From the NCBI GenBank assembly GCA_965228535.1, contig CBDDHU010000003.1, positions 348,589-372,588 of the forward strand: DNA of 24,000 bases, written 5' to 3'. The notes beneath the pieces are model-generated. The model did not search any database and was not told the DNA's origin. It saw nothing but the letters and a program-made list of their open reading frames with translations. Origin of the DNA: Minwuia sp. (GTDB lineage: Bacteria; Pseudomonadota; Alphaproteobacteria; Minwuiales; Minwuiaceae). The stretch's first letter is position 1; each line of letters starts with the position of its first letter. Both the position numbers and the translations under genes were made by a program. This document shows positions 1 through 9,163 of the stretch, piece after piece.

Positions 1-521
1 CCCTCCGGGTCGCTGAACGCCCATTGCTTGATGGTCGGATGGTCACGGCTGCCCCCGCCCTCCACCATGTAGGTGGCGACGGTCCAGGGCGCCCCGGCAA
101 AGCCGATCAGAGCGGTCTCCGCAGGCAGGGAGCGGCTGAGACGGCTGACGGTTTCGTAGACCGGTGACAGCCCCTCGTGCAGCCGGTCCATGTCCGGCGC
201 CGGAATGTCCTCCACCCGCCGGATCGGTTCCAGCACCGGTCCCTCCCCGGCCCGGAAGGCCAGGTGCTGGCCCAGGGCCTGCGGCAGCAGCAGGATGTCG
301 GCGAACAGGATCGCCGCGTCCATGCCGAAGCGCCGGATCGGCTGCAGCGTCACTTCCTCCGCCAGGTCGGGACGGTAGCAGAGATCCAGGAAGTCCCCGG
401 CCTCCGCCCGTGTCGCCCGGTACTCCGGCAGGTAACGCCCGGCCTGGCGCATGAACCAGAAGGGCGGACGGTCGACAGGCTCACCGTTCAGCGCCGCGAG
501 AAACCGCTTCGTCTCAGTCAT
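1..521 (-). CDS. hemE: Uroporphyrinogen decarboxylase, N-terminal part (gene runs off the left edge)
   Basis: This gene is absent from the ORF track because it has no stop codon in the window. Hand translation of the minus strand from the ATG at 521-519 gives [84 protein letters not shown]... This carries the HemE signatures [11 protein letters not shown], VTLQPxxRF and DAAILFxDIL. Confidence 0.9.
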   Translation of the reverse strand, partial: MTETKRFLAALNGEPVDRPPFWFMRQAGRYLPEYRATRAEAGDFLDLCYRPDLAEEVTLQPIRRFGMDAAILFADILLLPQALGQHLAFRAGEGPVLEPIRRVEDIPAPDMDRLHEGLSPVYETVSRLSRSLPAETALIGFAGAPWTVATYMVEGGGSRDHPTIKQWAFSDPE

Positions 522-589
522 CAGAACTCCAGTCAACAAGGGTTTCCGTAACGGGGGTTTCCGTGCGCTGCCCGGACACGGCAGAAGGC

Positions 590-1657
590 TCAGACCGGCT
601 CCAGGGGTACGGTCGGCCGCGTGCCCTCGACCACGATGCCGCCCCGGTCCCCGATGGTGGTGGAGCCATAGCGTTCCGCGTACACCTCTGGCAAGGGACG
701 TGCGCCGGGAATGGCCAGCCAGAGCCTGAGCAGGTGCCGCTTGCGCTCCGGCTCCGGCCAGTCCTGGTAGGCCAGCCGGTCATGCAGGATGGTGTGATTG
801 TGCACGAACTGCATGTCGCCGGGGCGGAACTCCATCTTCACGTGCATGGCGGGATCGTTGGCCAGCGCATCGAAGCGGTCCAGCGCCGCCAGCTCCAGCT
901 CCGTGACCCGGCGCGGCCCCTCCAGCCGGGCGGAGGAGGTGATGTAGCGCCGCGCATAGATCGCCGACAGGTGGCCGGCATGATGGTTGAACACCGGAAT
1001 GTCGAACCAGGCCTTCTTGCCGGGCGGGATCTCGCCCCGCCGGTCGGTCGGAAAGCTGTTGAACAGCGCCGCCAGCAGCTCCGGGCAGTCCCGGTGCATT
1101 TCGTTGTAGATCTGCATCGAGCTGACGATGGCCGACTCCCCGCCGGTCCGCGCCGTCTTCAGGCAGAGCAGGCCGACCACGTCGCAGGAATCGGTATGGA
1201 AGGTCTGCCGTTCCGTCGTCTGGTAGATCCTGACCTTCGGATCATCCGTGGACAGGCCCAGGTCCCGCACATGGCCCAGCAGGTGGCCCAGCGCGTTCTG
1301 GCTGCGTGGCACGCCCATCAGCAGGCCCAGCCCGTACCAGGCCGCTGCCGCCTTCTCGTGGCTCCAGTCATTGACCGGCAGCCCCCGTGCCAGCACGAAC
1401 CCCCTTCCTGACAGCAGGGTCTCGCACCAGTCCCGTGTCCTGGCGGTCAGCACCGGGTGCTGCATCTCGCCGGCGGTCATGGCGGCAAGGGGCTTGCCGC
1501 TGGCCAGGCAGGCATCGACCCGGTCTGACAGGGCCGCGATGAAGCTGTCGTCCAGCCGGTCGGTCCAGACCTCCGGCCGGTGCTGCAGCGCCTCGCCCCG
1601 CCAGGCGGATGGCCCGGTCACCGGATCGGGAAGGGTGAGCGTATCTCTGTCATTCAT
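590..1657 (-). CDS. TauD/TfdA-family Fe(II)/2-oxoglutarate-dependent dioxygenase
   Basis: This is the C-terminal 355 aa of track ORF 590..2497, starting at [12 protein letters not shown] (ATG complement at 1657-1655). It has a TauD-like core, including [14 protein letters not shown] (HxD iron ligands) and NHTILHDR (distal His). The upstream 280 aa of the track ORF is antisense to the DUF299 gene and is considered spurious. Substrate is unknown. Confidence 0.75.
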   Translation of the reverse strand: MNDRDTLTLPDPVTGPSAWRGEALQHRPEVWTDRLDDSFIAALSDRVDACLASGKPLAAMTAGEMQHPVLTARTRDWCETLLSGRGFVLARGLPVNDWSHEKAAAAWYGLGLLMGVPRSQNALGHLLGHVRDLGLSTDDPKVRIYQTTERQTFHTDSCDVVGLLCLKTARTGGESAIVSSMQIYNEMHRDCPELLAALFNSFPTDRRGEIPPGKKAWFDIPVFNHHAGHLSAIYARRYITSSARLEGPRRVTELELAALDRFDALANDPAMHVKMEFRPGDMQFVHNHTILHDRLAYQDWPEPERKRHLLRLWLAIPGARPLPEVYAERYGSTTIGDRGGIVVEGTRPTVPLEPV

Positions 1658-2089
1658 CGTGTGTCTGGTCCGTTCGTGCCGTTCACAGGCCTGCTGCCAT
1701 TCTCTTATCTTATAGATAAGAATCCTGAGGTTGTAGCTGGTCGCTGAGTGACGGGGATTGTTTGCTCTCCCGGATCGGCGCACAGCAGGATGCAGCACCG
1801 GAACGGATGTCCACATCTTGCCCGCCATTCCGGATCGCGGAATCCGGGCGGTCGCGATCATCGCTCCACAGGCCTGCGGGGACGGTTTCACATTCTCCCC
1901 GTGATTCCCGTTCCGCCGCCGCTTCGGACCGCCAGTCGGCGGAGCTGTGGAGGGGGAACGGGCCAGTGTGTGCGGATCCGGCAATCTGTGCCCTCGCATC
2001 GGATTCCCACCGGCTGTACATTCGCCTGTGGATGACCCCACCCGACGCCGGACTGGCACCGCTTCGGGCAACCCTGTCGGACCGGCACC
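1658..2089. other. Candidate chromosomal replication origin (oriC) and divergent promoter region
   Basis: This 432-bp divergent intergenic region sits in the hemE / DUF299-maf-aroE-coaE-dnaQ neighbourhood that flanks Caulobacter Cori. It has four TCCACA-core DnaA-box-like 9-mers: ATGTCCACA at 1807-1815 (+), CGCTCCACA at 1862-1870 (+), CCCTCCACA at 1946-1954 (-) and TCATCCACA at 2027-2035 (-). The last one matches TTATCCACA at 8 of 9 positions. There are four GANTC sites (1720, 1840, 1903, 2002). The only AT-rich patch lies at about 1698-1725. Confidence 0.45.
1703..1721. promoter_or_regulatory. AT-rich inverted repeat TCTTATC-N5-GATAAGA (candidate operator, or part of an unwinding element)
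   Basis: It has perfect 7-bp arms (1703-1709 and 1715-1721) around the spacer TTATA. It lies 46 bp upstream of the TauD-family start, inside a patch of about 26 nt that is roughly 77% AT by hand count, in an otherwise GC-rich window. Confidence 0.4.
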
Positions 2090-2911
2090 ATGAACCGTTT
2101 CCACCTGCACCTGGTTTCCGATTCCACGGGCGAGACGCTCACCGGGATCATGAATGCGGCGCTGGTGCAGTTCGCGGAAGCCGATGCCGTGAAGCATCTC
2201 TGGCCGATGATCCGCAACCGCGCCCAGATGGAACTGGTGATCCGCAGCATCCAGGACATGCCCGGCATCGTCGTCTTCACCGTGGTCGATGCCGAACTGC
2301 GCCTGATGCTGGAGGATGCCTGCCGCCGCATGGGGGTGCGCAGCGTCGCGGCACTGGACCCGGTGATGACCGCGCTCGGCAGCTTTCTCGGCGGCGAGAC
2401 GCGGGGCCGTCCCGGCATCCAGCACGAGATGAACAACGAGTATTTCGACCGTATCGAGGCGATGCACTTCACCCTGATCCATGATGACGGTCAGCATGTG
2501 GAGGACCTGGACCGTGCCGACGTGGTTCTGGTCGGCGTCTCGCGCACGTCCAAGACCCCCACCTGCATGTACCTGGCGAACCGGGGGCTGAAGGCGGCCA
2601 ACGTGCCCTTCGTCCCGTCGGTTCCGCTGCCGGAGCAGCTGCTGAAACTGCGCCGCCCGCTGGTGGTCGGGCTGACCACCTCCTCCGAACGGCTCAGCCA
2701 GATCCGTCGCAACCGCCTGCTCAGCCTCAGGGAATCCGGAGACAGTGATTATTCCGACCCGGAGATCGTGGCCAGCGAGCTGGCGGAGGCGAAGCGGGTC
2801 TTTGCCCGCAACCGCTGGCCCACCATCGACGTCACCCGGAAATCCATCGAGGAATCGGCGGCAGCCATACTTTCCCTGTACCAGCGTCGCATGGCCGGGC
2901 AGGAAGTATGA
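2090..2911 (+). CDS. DUF299 kinase/pyrophosphorylase (pyruvate, phosphate dikinase / PEP synthase regulatory protein; RP001/CC0001 homolog)
   Basis: 273-aa ORF with N-terminus MNRFHLHLVSDSTGETL and the motif LVGVSRTSKTPTCMYLA, both typical of the PDRP/PSRP family. Its stop overlaps the maf start (ATGA). Confidence 0.88.
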   Translation: MNRFHLHLVSDSTGETLTGIMNAALVQFAEADAVKHLWPMIRNRAQMELVIRSIQDMPGIVVFTVVDAELRLMLEDACRRMGVRSVAALDPVMTALGSFLGGETRGRPGIQHEMNNEYFDRIEAMHFTLIHDDGQHVEDLDRADVVLVGVSRTSKTPTCMYLANRGLKAANVPFVPSVPLPEQLLKLRRPLVVGLTTSSERLSQIRRNRLLSLRESGDSDYSDPEIVASELAEAKRVFARNRWPTIDVTRKSIEESAAAILSLYQRRMAGQEV

Positions 2912-3540
2912 CTTCAGGTGGTTCTACCGGGCTGATCCTCGCCTCCGGCAGTATGACCCGTCGCCGCCTGCTGGCGGCAACCGGTCTCGCCTTCCAGGTC
3001 ATGCCCGCCGACATCGACGAGGCTGCGGTGAAGCGGGCAGGAGTACAGCAGGGCCTGGCTCCCGAACGCATTGCCCTCACGCTTGCGGAGGGGAAAGCAA
3101 GCAGGATCAGTGACTTGTATCCTGATGCGCTTGTCCTGGCGGCGGATCAGCTGCTCTCCGTGGCTGGCGATCTGCTGGACAAGCCGGTAGGCCGGGAAGG
3201 TCTTGCGCGGCACCTGCAGCAGCTTTCCGGCCGGGTCCATCACCTGGTCAACGGGGTCGTACTGATGCGCGGGGCAGAGGTTATCTGGTCCTACTCCGAC
3301 CATTGCGAGATGGAAATGCGGCCCTTGACGGCGGCGGAGCAGGCGACCTACCTGGCATCCGCGCCGGAGGCGGTGATGTCGTCGGTCGGTGGCTACCGGA
3401 TCGAGGCGGAGGGGATTCACCTGTTCCGGCGCATGGACGGGGACTGGTCCGCCATCCTGGGCCTGCCGTTGCTGCCGCTGCTCGCTGCCCTGCGCGAGGC
3501 GGGGCTGACATGGCCGGAAGCGACCGGACAGGGGGAGTGA
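2908..3540 (+). CDS. maf: Maf-like nucleoside triphosphate pyrophosphatase
   Basis: 210-aa ORF with an N-terminal LILASGSMTRRRLL motif and a C-terminal GGYRIEAEG motif typical of Maf/YhdE proteins. It is translationally coupled to the upstream gene. Confidence 0.85.
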   Translation: MTSGGSTGLILASGSMTRRRLLAATGLAFQVMPADIDEAAVKRAGVQQGLAPERIALTLAEGKASRISDLYPDALVLAADQLLSVAGDLLDKPVGREGLARHLQQLSGRVHHLVNGVVLMRGAEVIWSYSDHCEMEMRPLTAAEQATYLASAPEAVMSSVGGYRIEAEGIHLFRRMDGDWSAILGLPLLPLLAALREAGLTWPEATGQGE

Positions 3541-3543
3541 AAC

Positions 3544-4395
3544 ATGTCTGACGATCATGCCGGGGCCTCCGTTCCCGGGGCCATCGCGGCGGTGCTGGGC
3601 TGGCCGGTGGCGCACAGCCTGTCGCCACGGCTGCACGGTTTCTGGCTGCAGGAACAGGGACTTGATGGCAGCTATCTCGGCCTGCCGGTTCCGCCCGACC
3701 GGTTCGAGACCGCGGTCCGCGGTCTGTCTGCGGCAGGTTTCAGGGGGGCGAACGTCACCGTGCCGCACAAGCTTGCGGCCCTGGAACTGGCGGACGAGAC
3801 CGACGCGGCGGCACGCGCCATCGGTGCGGTGAACACGTTGGTGTTCCAGGCCGACGGTCGCATCCTTGGCCGCAACACGGATGCCCATGGCTTCATGGCC
3901 AACCTGCGCCAGGGCGGGGTCGATCCGGAGGTGGGACCGGCACTGGTCATCGGTGCCGGTGGCGCGGCGCGGGCGGCGGTCCATGCCCTGCTCGACGCCG
4001 GCTGTCCCCGGCTCTACCTGACCAACAGGACCCGGGCAACGGCGGAGGCGCTGGCCGAGGGTATGGTTGATGACAGGATCACGGTATTGCCCCTTAACTG
4101 TCTGGAACAGTTGCCTGATGACATTGTATTGCTTGTCAACACCACCAGCCTTGGTATGGCGGGCAAGGGGGTGCTGGAAGTCGATCTGTCGGGCCTACCG
4201 CCGGGCGCCTGCATACATGACATCGTCTATGTCCCGCTGGAGACACCGCTGCTGCGGTCAGCCCGGGAACGCGGATTGCGGACGGTTGACGGGCTGGGCA
4301 TGCTGCTGCATCAGGCAGTACCGGCGTTCCGGGCCTTCTTCGGTCGGGACGTGGCGGTGACGGATGCGCTGCGGGCGCATGTGCTGGGGAGGTGA
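3544..4395 (+). CDS. aroE: Shikimate 5-dehydrogenase
   Basis: 283-aa ORF carrying [33 protein letters not shown] and the NADP-binding stretch [10 protein letters not shown]. Confidence 0.9.
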   Translation: MSDDHAGASVPGAIAAVLGWPVAHSLSPRLHGFWLQEQGLDGSYLGLPVPPDRFETAVRGLSAAGFRGANVTVPHKLAALELADETDAAARAIGAVNTLVFQADGRILGRNTDAHGFMANLRQGGVDPEVGPALVIGAGGAARAAVHALLDAGCPRLYLTNRTRATAEALAEGMVDDRITVLPLNCLEQLPDDIVLLVNTTSLGMAGKGVLEVDLSGLPPGACIHDIVYVPLETPLLRSARERGLRTVDGLGMLLHQAVPAFRAFFGRDVAVTDALRAHVLGR

Positions 4396-4397
4396 GG

Positions 4398-5006
4398 ATG
4401 GCTTACGTACTGGCCCTGACCGGGTCCATCGGCATGGGCAAGTCGGCGACGGCGGCGATGTTCCGTGCTGCCGGGGTCCCGGTCTGGGATGCCGATGCGG
4501 CGGTGCACGAGATCTATGCGCGCGGCGGCAAGGCCGTGGAACCGGTGCGGCAGCGGTTTCCCGACGCGGTGGTGGACGGTGCCGTGGACCGGGAAAGGCT
4601 GAGCGCGGAGGTGGTCGGCAACGACGCGGCGATCAGGGACCTGGAGGCCATCGTGCATCCGCTGGTCGGGGAGCATCGTGCCGCCTTCCGCGCCCGGGCG
4701 GATGCGGAGGGCGCGGAGATCGTGGTGGTCGACGTGCCGTTGCTGTTCGAGACGGGGGGCGAGAAGAAGGTGGATGCAGTCGTCGTGGTCAGTGCCCGGC
4801 CGGAGCAGCAGCGGGAGCGGGTGCTGGCCCGCCCCGGCATGTCGGCGGCGAAGTTCGAGGCCATCCTGGCCCGCCAGACCCCGGACGCGGAGAAGCGTGC
4901 CCGCGCCGACCATGTGATCGATACCAGCCTGACCCTGGCCGAGACCGAGGCACAGGTGCAGGCGCTGGTCGCGGCACTGCGCGCGAGGCTGGCAGCGGAG
5001 GGCTGA
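4398..5006 (+). CDS. coaE: Dephospho-CoA kinase
   Basis: P-loop [10 protein letters not shown] near the N-terminus. The ATG at 4398 is preferred over the track GTG at 4392 because the Shine-Dalgarno-like GGGGAGGTGAGG sits just upstream. The gene follows the aroE stop (4393-4395). Confidence 0.88.
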   Translation: MAYVLALTGSIGMGKSATAAMFRAAGVPVWDADAAVHEIYARGGKAVEPVRQRFPDAVVDGAVDRERLSAEVVGNDAAIRDLEAIVHPLVGEHRAAFRARADAEGAEIVVVDVPLLFETGGEKKVDAVVVVSARPEQQRERVLARPGMSAAKFEAILARQTPDAEKRARADHVIDTSLTLAETEAQVQALVAALRARLAAEG

Positions 5007-5067
5007 CAGGACTCCGCGCCATATGGTAGCTTCCGGCTCCCTGAGCACCAGATGATGGGTCTGCCTG

Positions 5068-5742
5068 ATGCGTGAGATCGTTCTCGACACCGAAACCACC
5101 GGGCTGGACCCGAAGGACGGCCATCGCATCGTCGAGATCGGCTGCCTGGAGCTGGTGGACCGGGTCTGGACCGGCGCCACCTTCCACGAATACATCAATC
5201 CCGAACGGATGATGGACGAAGGCGCCTTCAAGGTGCACGGCCTGTCTGACGAGTTCCTGGCCGACAAGCCGGTCTTCGCCGAGATCGCCGAGAAGTTCAT
5301 CGGCTTTGTCGGTGACGATCCGCTGGTGATCCACAATGCCGCCTTCGACATGAAGTTCCTCAACTGGGAACTGAAGGCAGCGGGCCACCGGGTGCTGCCG
5401 ATGGAGCAGGCCATCGACACGCTTGCCATCGCGCGCAAGAAGTTCCCCGGCTCCCCCGCCAGCCTGGACGCGCTGTGCCGCCGCTTCGATGTCGATACCT
5501 CGTCGCGTGACCTGCACGGGGCGCTGATCGATTCCCGGCTGCTGGCGGATGTCTACTACCACCTGGTCAGCGCCACGCAGGCGGGGCTGACCTTCGGCGC
5601 CTCCGGGACGGGCGATGATGGCGGTCCCGTCCGCCGCATCCAGCGGGAGGCACGGCCGCATCCGCCGCTGCCGGCGGCGGAGGAGGAAGCGCACCAGGCC
5701 TTTCTCGCGCAGGCGGTGAAGGACCCGGTCTGGCTGCGCTGA
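5068..5742 (+). CDS. dnaQ: DNA polymerase III epsilon subunit (3'-5' proofreading exonuclease)
   Basis: 224-aa ORF with Exo I (VLDTETTGLDP), Exo II (VIHNAAFDMKFL) and Exo III (HGALIDSRLLADVY) motifs. Confidence 0.92.
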   Translation: MREIVLDTETTGLDPKDGHRIVEIGCLELVDRVWTGATFHEYINPERMMDEGAFKVHGLSDEFLADKPVFAEIAEKFIGFVGDDPLVIHNAAFDMKFLNWELKAAGHRVLPMEQAIDTLAIARKKFPGSPASLDALCRRFDVDTSSRDLHGALIDSRLLADVYYHLVSATQAGLTFGASGTGDDGGPVRRIQREARPHPPLPAAEEEAHQAFLAQAVKDPVWLR

Positions 5743-5943
5743 CGTCATTTTCCGTTTGCAGCCCTGCCCGAACCGTGTATGGAAAAGACCGTTGCGGCGC
5801 GTCCGCGGCACCATTCCCTCTTACCGGAACCGGAAACTGACAGCCTCCAGCAGGCGCTCCCCGGCATCCGGCATCCACTGATGCACAGATACCGGTCCGC
5901 TCCCGGGGCCGGACCCTGATCCCTTCCAGATTTGATGGTTGCT

Positions 5944-7200
<1,257 letters not shown>

Positions 7201-7201
7201 G

Positions 7202-7325
7202 CCCCTCCTCCCCCCTGGTGGGGGAGGAACGAGGGGGGGGAAGCCCGGTGTTTCAGCTTCGTCACCCGAAGCTGCCACTGTCGCCGCGCACCCCCTTCCC
7301 GACCTTCCCCCGTCGAGGGGGAAGG
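7202..7325. terminator. Cluster of three GC-rich hairpins between convergent rho and the Nudix gene (candidate bidirectional terminator or REP-like cluster)
   Basis: Hairpin 1 (7202-7236) has inner stem CTCCCCC / GGGGGAG with loop CTGGT, plus outer stem CCCCTC / GAGGGG with a 4-nt bulge. Hairpin 2 (7254-7274) is CAGCTTCG-TCACC-CGAAGCTG. Hairpin 3 (7303-7325) is CCTTCCCCC-GTCGA-GGGGGAAGG. There are no clear U-tracts. Confidence 0.45.
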
Positions 7326-7369
7326 GGCGCAGACGGCTTTGCATCAGCGCTGCTGGCGGTTCTGCCGAG

Positions 7370-7795
7370 TCAACCGCTCGCCGCCGCGCGCAGTCTTTCG
7401 GCCATGGTGATGATGCGCATGGTCTCCGGCCACAGCCCCAGTCGCGGCACCTCCGACAGCGGCATGAAGCACGCGGCCATGGCGTCGCTGCCGGCCACCG
7501 CCTCCCCCTGCAGCCACTCGCCCCACATGTCGACCAGGGTGTAGTGATAGACCAGCCTGCCGTCGGCATCGCGGTTGATGCCGTCCACCACGTCGATCAG
7601 GCCGTGGATGCGGCAGGTGACGCCGGTTTCCTCCAGCACCTCGCGCCGGGCGCCCTCCGCCACCGTCTCGCCCAGTTCCTGGCGTCCGCCGGGGATTGCC
7701 CATTCGCCCTTGCGCGGGGCCTTGCCGCGCCGGATCATCAGCACCTCGTCGGCACGGAAGATCACGGCACCGACGCCGATCTCGGGCCTCTTCAT
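7370..7795 (-). CDS. Nudix-family hydrolase
   Basis: Nudix box GGRQELGETVAEGARREVLEETGV (GX5EX7REUXEEXGU). The ATG at 7795 is preferred, and the track start at 7798 is a GTG one codon upstream. Substrate is unknown. Confidence 0.85.
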   Translation of the reverse strand: MKRPEIGVGAVIFRADEVLMIRRGKAPRKGEWAIPGGRQELGETVAEGARREVLEETGVTCRIHGLIDVVDGINRDADGRLVYHYTLVDMWGEWLQGEAVAGSDAMAACFMPLSEVPRLGLWPETMRIITMAERLRAAASG

Positions 7796-7821
7796 CACGC
7801 TCTCCCCCTTGTCATGCCGTC

Positions 7822-7861
7822 AGACTGTGCCATCCCTCTCCCCATCGCCTCTACTGGAACA
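7822..7861. repeat. Degenerate copy of the REP-like element found at 12607-12755
   Basis: AGACTGTGCCATCCCTCTCCCC (7822-7843) matches TGACTGTTCCATCCCTCTCCCC (12607-12628) at 20 of 22 positions. The opposite terminal motif GGAACAG is present at 7855-7861. The interior of the hairpin has been lost. Confidence 0.5.
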
Positions 7862-7934
7862 GACCGGGAAAAAGCGCTAGAGCTTGGGGGAAGGCGAGCG
7901 GCCGGGGAGGGCCATTGCGCCGGGGAGGACCATC

Positions 7935-9161
7935 ATGAGCATTGCATTCGATCCGAACGCGCCCGAGACCATCACCGATCCCTATCCGGGGCTGGCCATG
8001 CTGCGGGCCGAGGAACCGCTGCACTGGAGCCAGGTCAGCCGCGCCTGGTACATCACCCGCTACGAGGATGTGCGGAAGGGGTTCCGTGACAGGCGCATGT
8101 CGGCGGACCGCATCCGCCCCTTCGTCGAGGCCCAGCGGAACGGCCCGGACGGGGAGGAGATCGGCTTCCTGGGCGACCATATCGGCCACTGGGCGGTGTT
8201 CAACGACCCGCCGCGCCACGGCCACCTGCGCGGCCTGATGAACAAGGCCTTCACCAGCCGCCGGGTCGAGAGCCTGCGTGGCCAGGTGGCGGAGATGGTG
8301 GAGGGGCTGATCGCCGACTGGCAGGACGGGCAGGAAGTGGATTTCCACCAGGCCTTCGCCTATCCCCTGCCCGCGACCGTGATCGCGCTGCTGCTGGGGG
8401 TGCCGCAGCAGGACGTGGATCACCTGAAGCGCTGGTCGGATGCGCTGGCGCAGTTCGTGCTGACCTCCAAGACCAACCCGGACAAGTACAGGGTCGCGGC
8501 GGCGGCGCTGGCGGAGATGAACAGCTACTTCCAGGGCTTTCTCGAGGACCGGCGGGCCAACCCGGGGGAACTGGTGACCGACGGCCTGATCGACGCCACG
8601 GACGAGGGCGACCGGCTGACCGCGGACGAGCTGGTGGCAAGCTGCATCCTGCTGCTGTTCGCCGGACACGAGACCACGACGCAGTTGCTGGCCAACGGGC
8701 TGCACGCGCTGCTGCAGCATCCCGACCAACTGGCCGAGTTCCGTGCCCATGGCGATGACGCGGCCTTCACCCGCAACGCGGTGGAGGAACTGCTGCGCTT
8801 CGACGGTCCCAGCCTCACCTCGCCGCGCATCGCGGCGGAGGACGTGGAACTGCATGGCCAGACCATCGCCAAGGGCCAGCGCATCTGGCTGTGGAACTGC
8901 GCCGCCAACCGCGACGGCACGGTGTTCGAGGATCCCGACCGGCTGAACCTGCGGCGGCCCAATGCCGACCGGCATGTCACCTTCGGCTTCGGCATCCATT
9001 TCTGCATCGGCGCGCCGCTGGCGAAGCTGGAGGCGGAGGTGGCCTTCCCCATCCTGCTGCGGCGCTTCAGCCGCATCGAGGCGGTGAAACCGGTGCAGCA
9101 ATGGTCGGATTCCTACGTCTCGCGGGGCATGACCAGCTTCCCCGTGCGGGTCTGGCGCTGA
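7935..9161 (+). CDS. Cytochrome P450 monooxygenase
   Basis: Carries the heme Cys-ligand loop FGFGIHFCIGAPLA, the I-helix motif LLFAGHETTTQ and the K-helix motif EELLR. The ATG at 7935 is preceded by GGGGAGGA, and the 17-codon extension in the track is unlikely. Confidence 0.9.
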   Translation: MSIAFDPNAPETITDPYPGLAMLRAEEPLHWSQVSRAWYITRYEDVRKGFRDRRMSADRIRPFVEAQRNGPDGEEIGFLGDHIGHWAVFNDPPRHGHLRGLMNKAFTSRRVESLRGQVAEMVEGLIADWQDGQEVDFHQAFAYPLPATVIALLLGVPQQDVDHLKRWSDALAQFVLTSKTNPDKYRVAAAALAEMNSYFQGFLEDRRANPGELVTDGLIDATDEGDRLTADELVASCILLLFAGHETTTQLLANGLHALLQHPDQLAEFRAHGDDAAFTRNAVEELLRFDGPSLTSPRIAAEDVELHGQTIAKGQRIWLWNCAANRDGTVFEDPDRLNLRRPNADRHVTFGFGIHFCIGAPLAKLEAEVAFPILLRRFSRIEAVKPVQQWSDSYVSRGMTSFPVRVWR

Positions 9162-9163
9162 CC

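Noticed and set aside
590-2497. The 635-aa minus-strand ORF, taken at face value.
   Set aside because: Only the C-terminal 355 aa (590-1657) has TauD-like sequence and a sensible start. The N-terminal part crosses the intergenic region and runs antisense to the well-supported DUF299 gene. Long open antisense frames are expected in high-GC DNA.
3693-3712. tRNA T-arm-like string GGTTCGAGACC.
   Set aside because: It lies inside the well-supported aroE reading frame. No acceptor or anticodon stems can be drawn around it.
5327-5335. A perfect Caulobacter-type DnaA box, TGATCCACA, inside dnaQ.
   Set aside because: It is a single isolated site, and it encodes the conserved Exo II residues (V-I-H-N of VIHNAAFD). 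Coding constraint therefore explains the sequence.
2914-5814. Long minus-strand ORFs (2914..3984, 4311..5438, 4789..5814) antisense to maf, aroE, coaE and dnaQ.
   Set aside because: They are Arg/Pro/Gly-rich, low-complexity translations with no recognisable motifs. They overlap strongly supported plus-strand genes and are typical high-GC shadow ORFs.
5743-5943. The roughly 200-bp C-rich leader upstream of rho, as a possible rut-like autoregulatory attenuator.
   Set aside because: Rho autoregulation through its leader is already known in other bacteria. I cannot define rut sites or a terminator from sequence alone, so nothing unusual is demonstrable here.
7877-7885. The shared 9-mer CTAGAGCTT near both REP-like loci (7877-7885 and 12777-12785), as a possible extension of the repeat family.
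   Set aside because: At 12777-12785 it is the sdhB stop codon region (K-L-stop on the minus strand). The sequence between it and the repeat core does not align between the two loci, so the match is probably coincidence.
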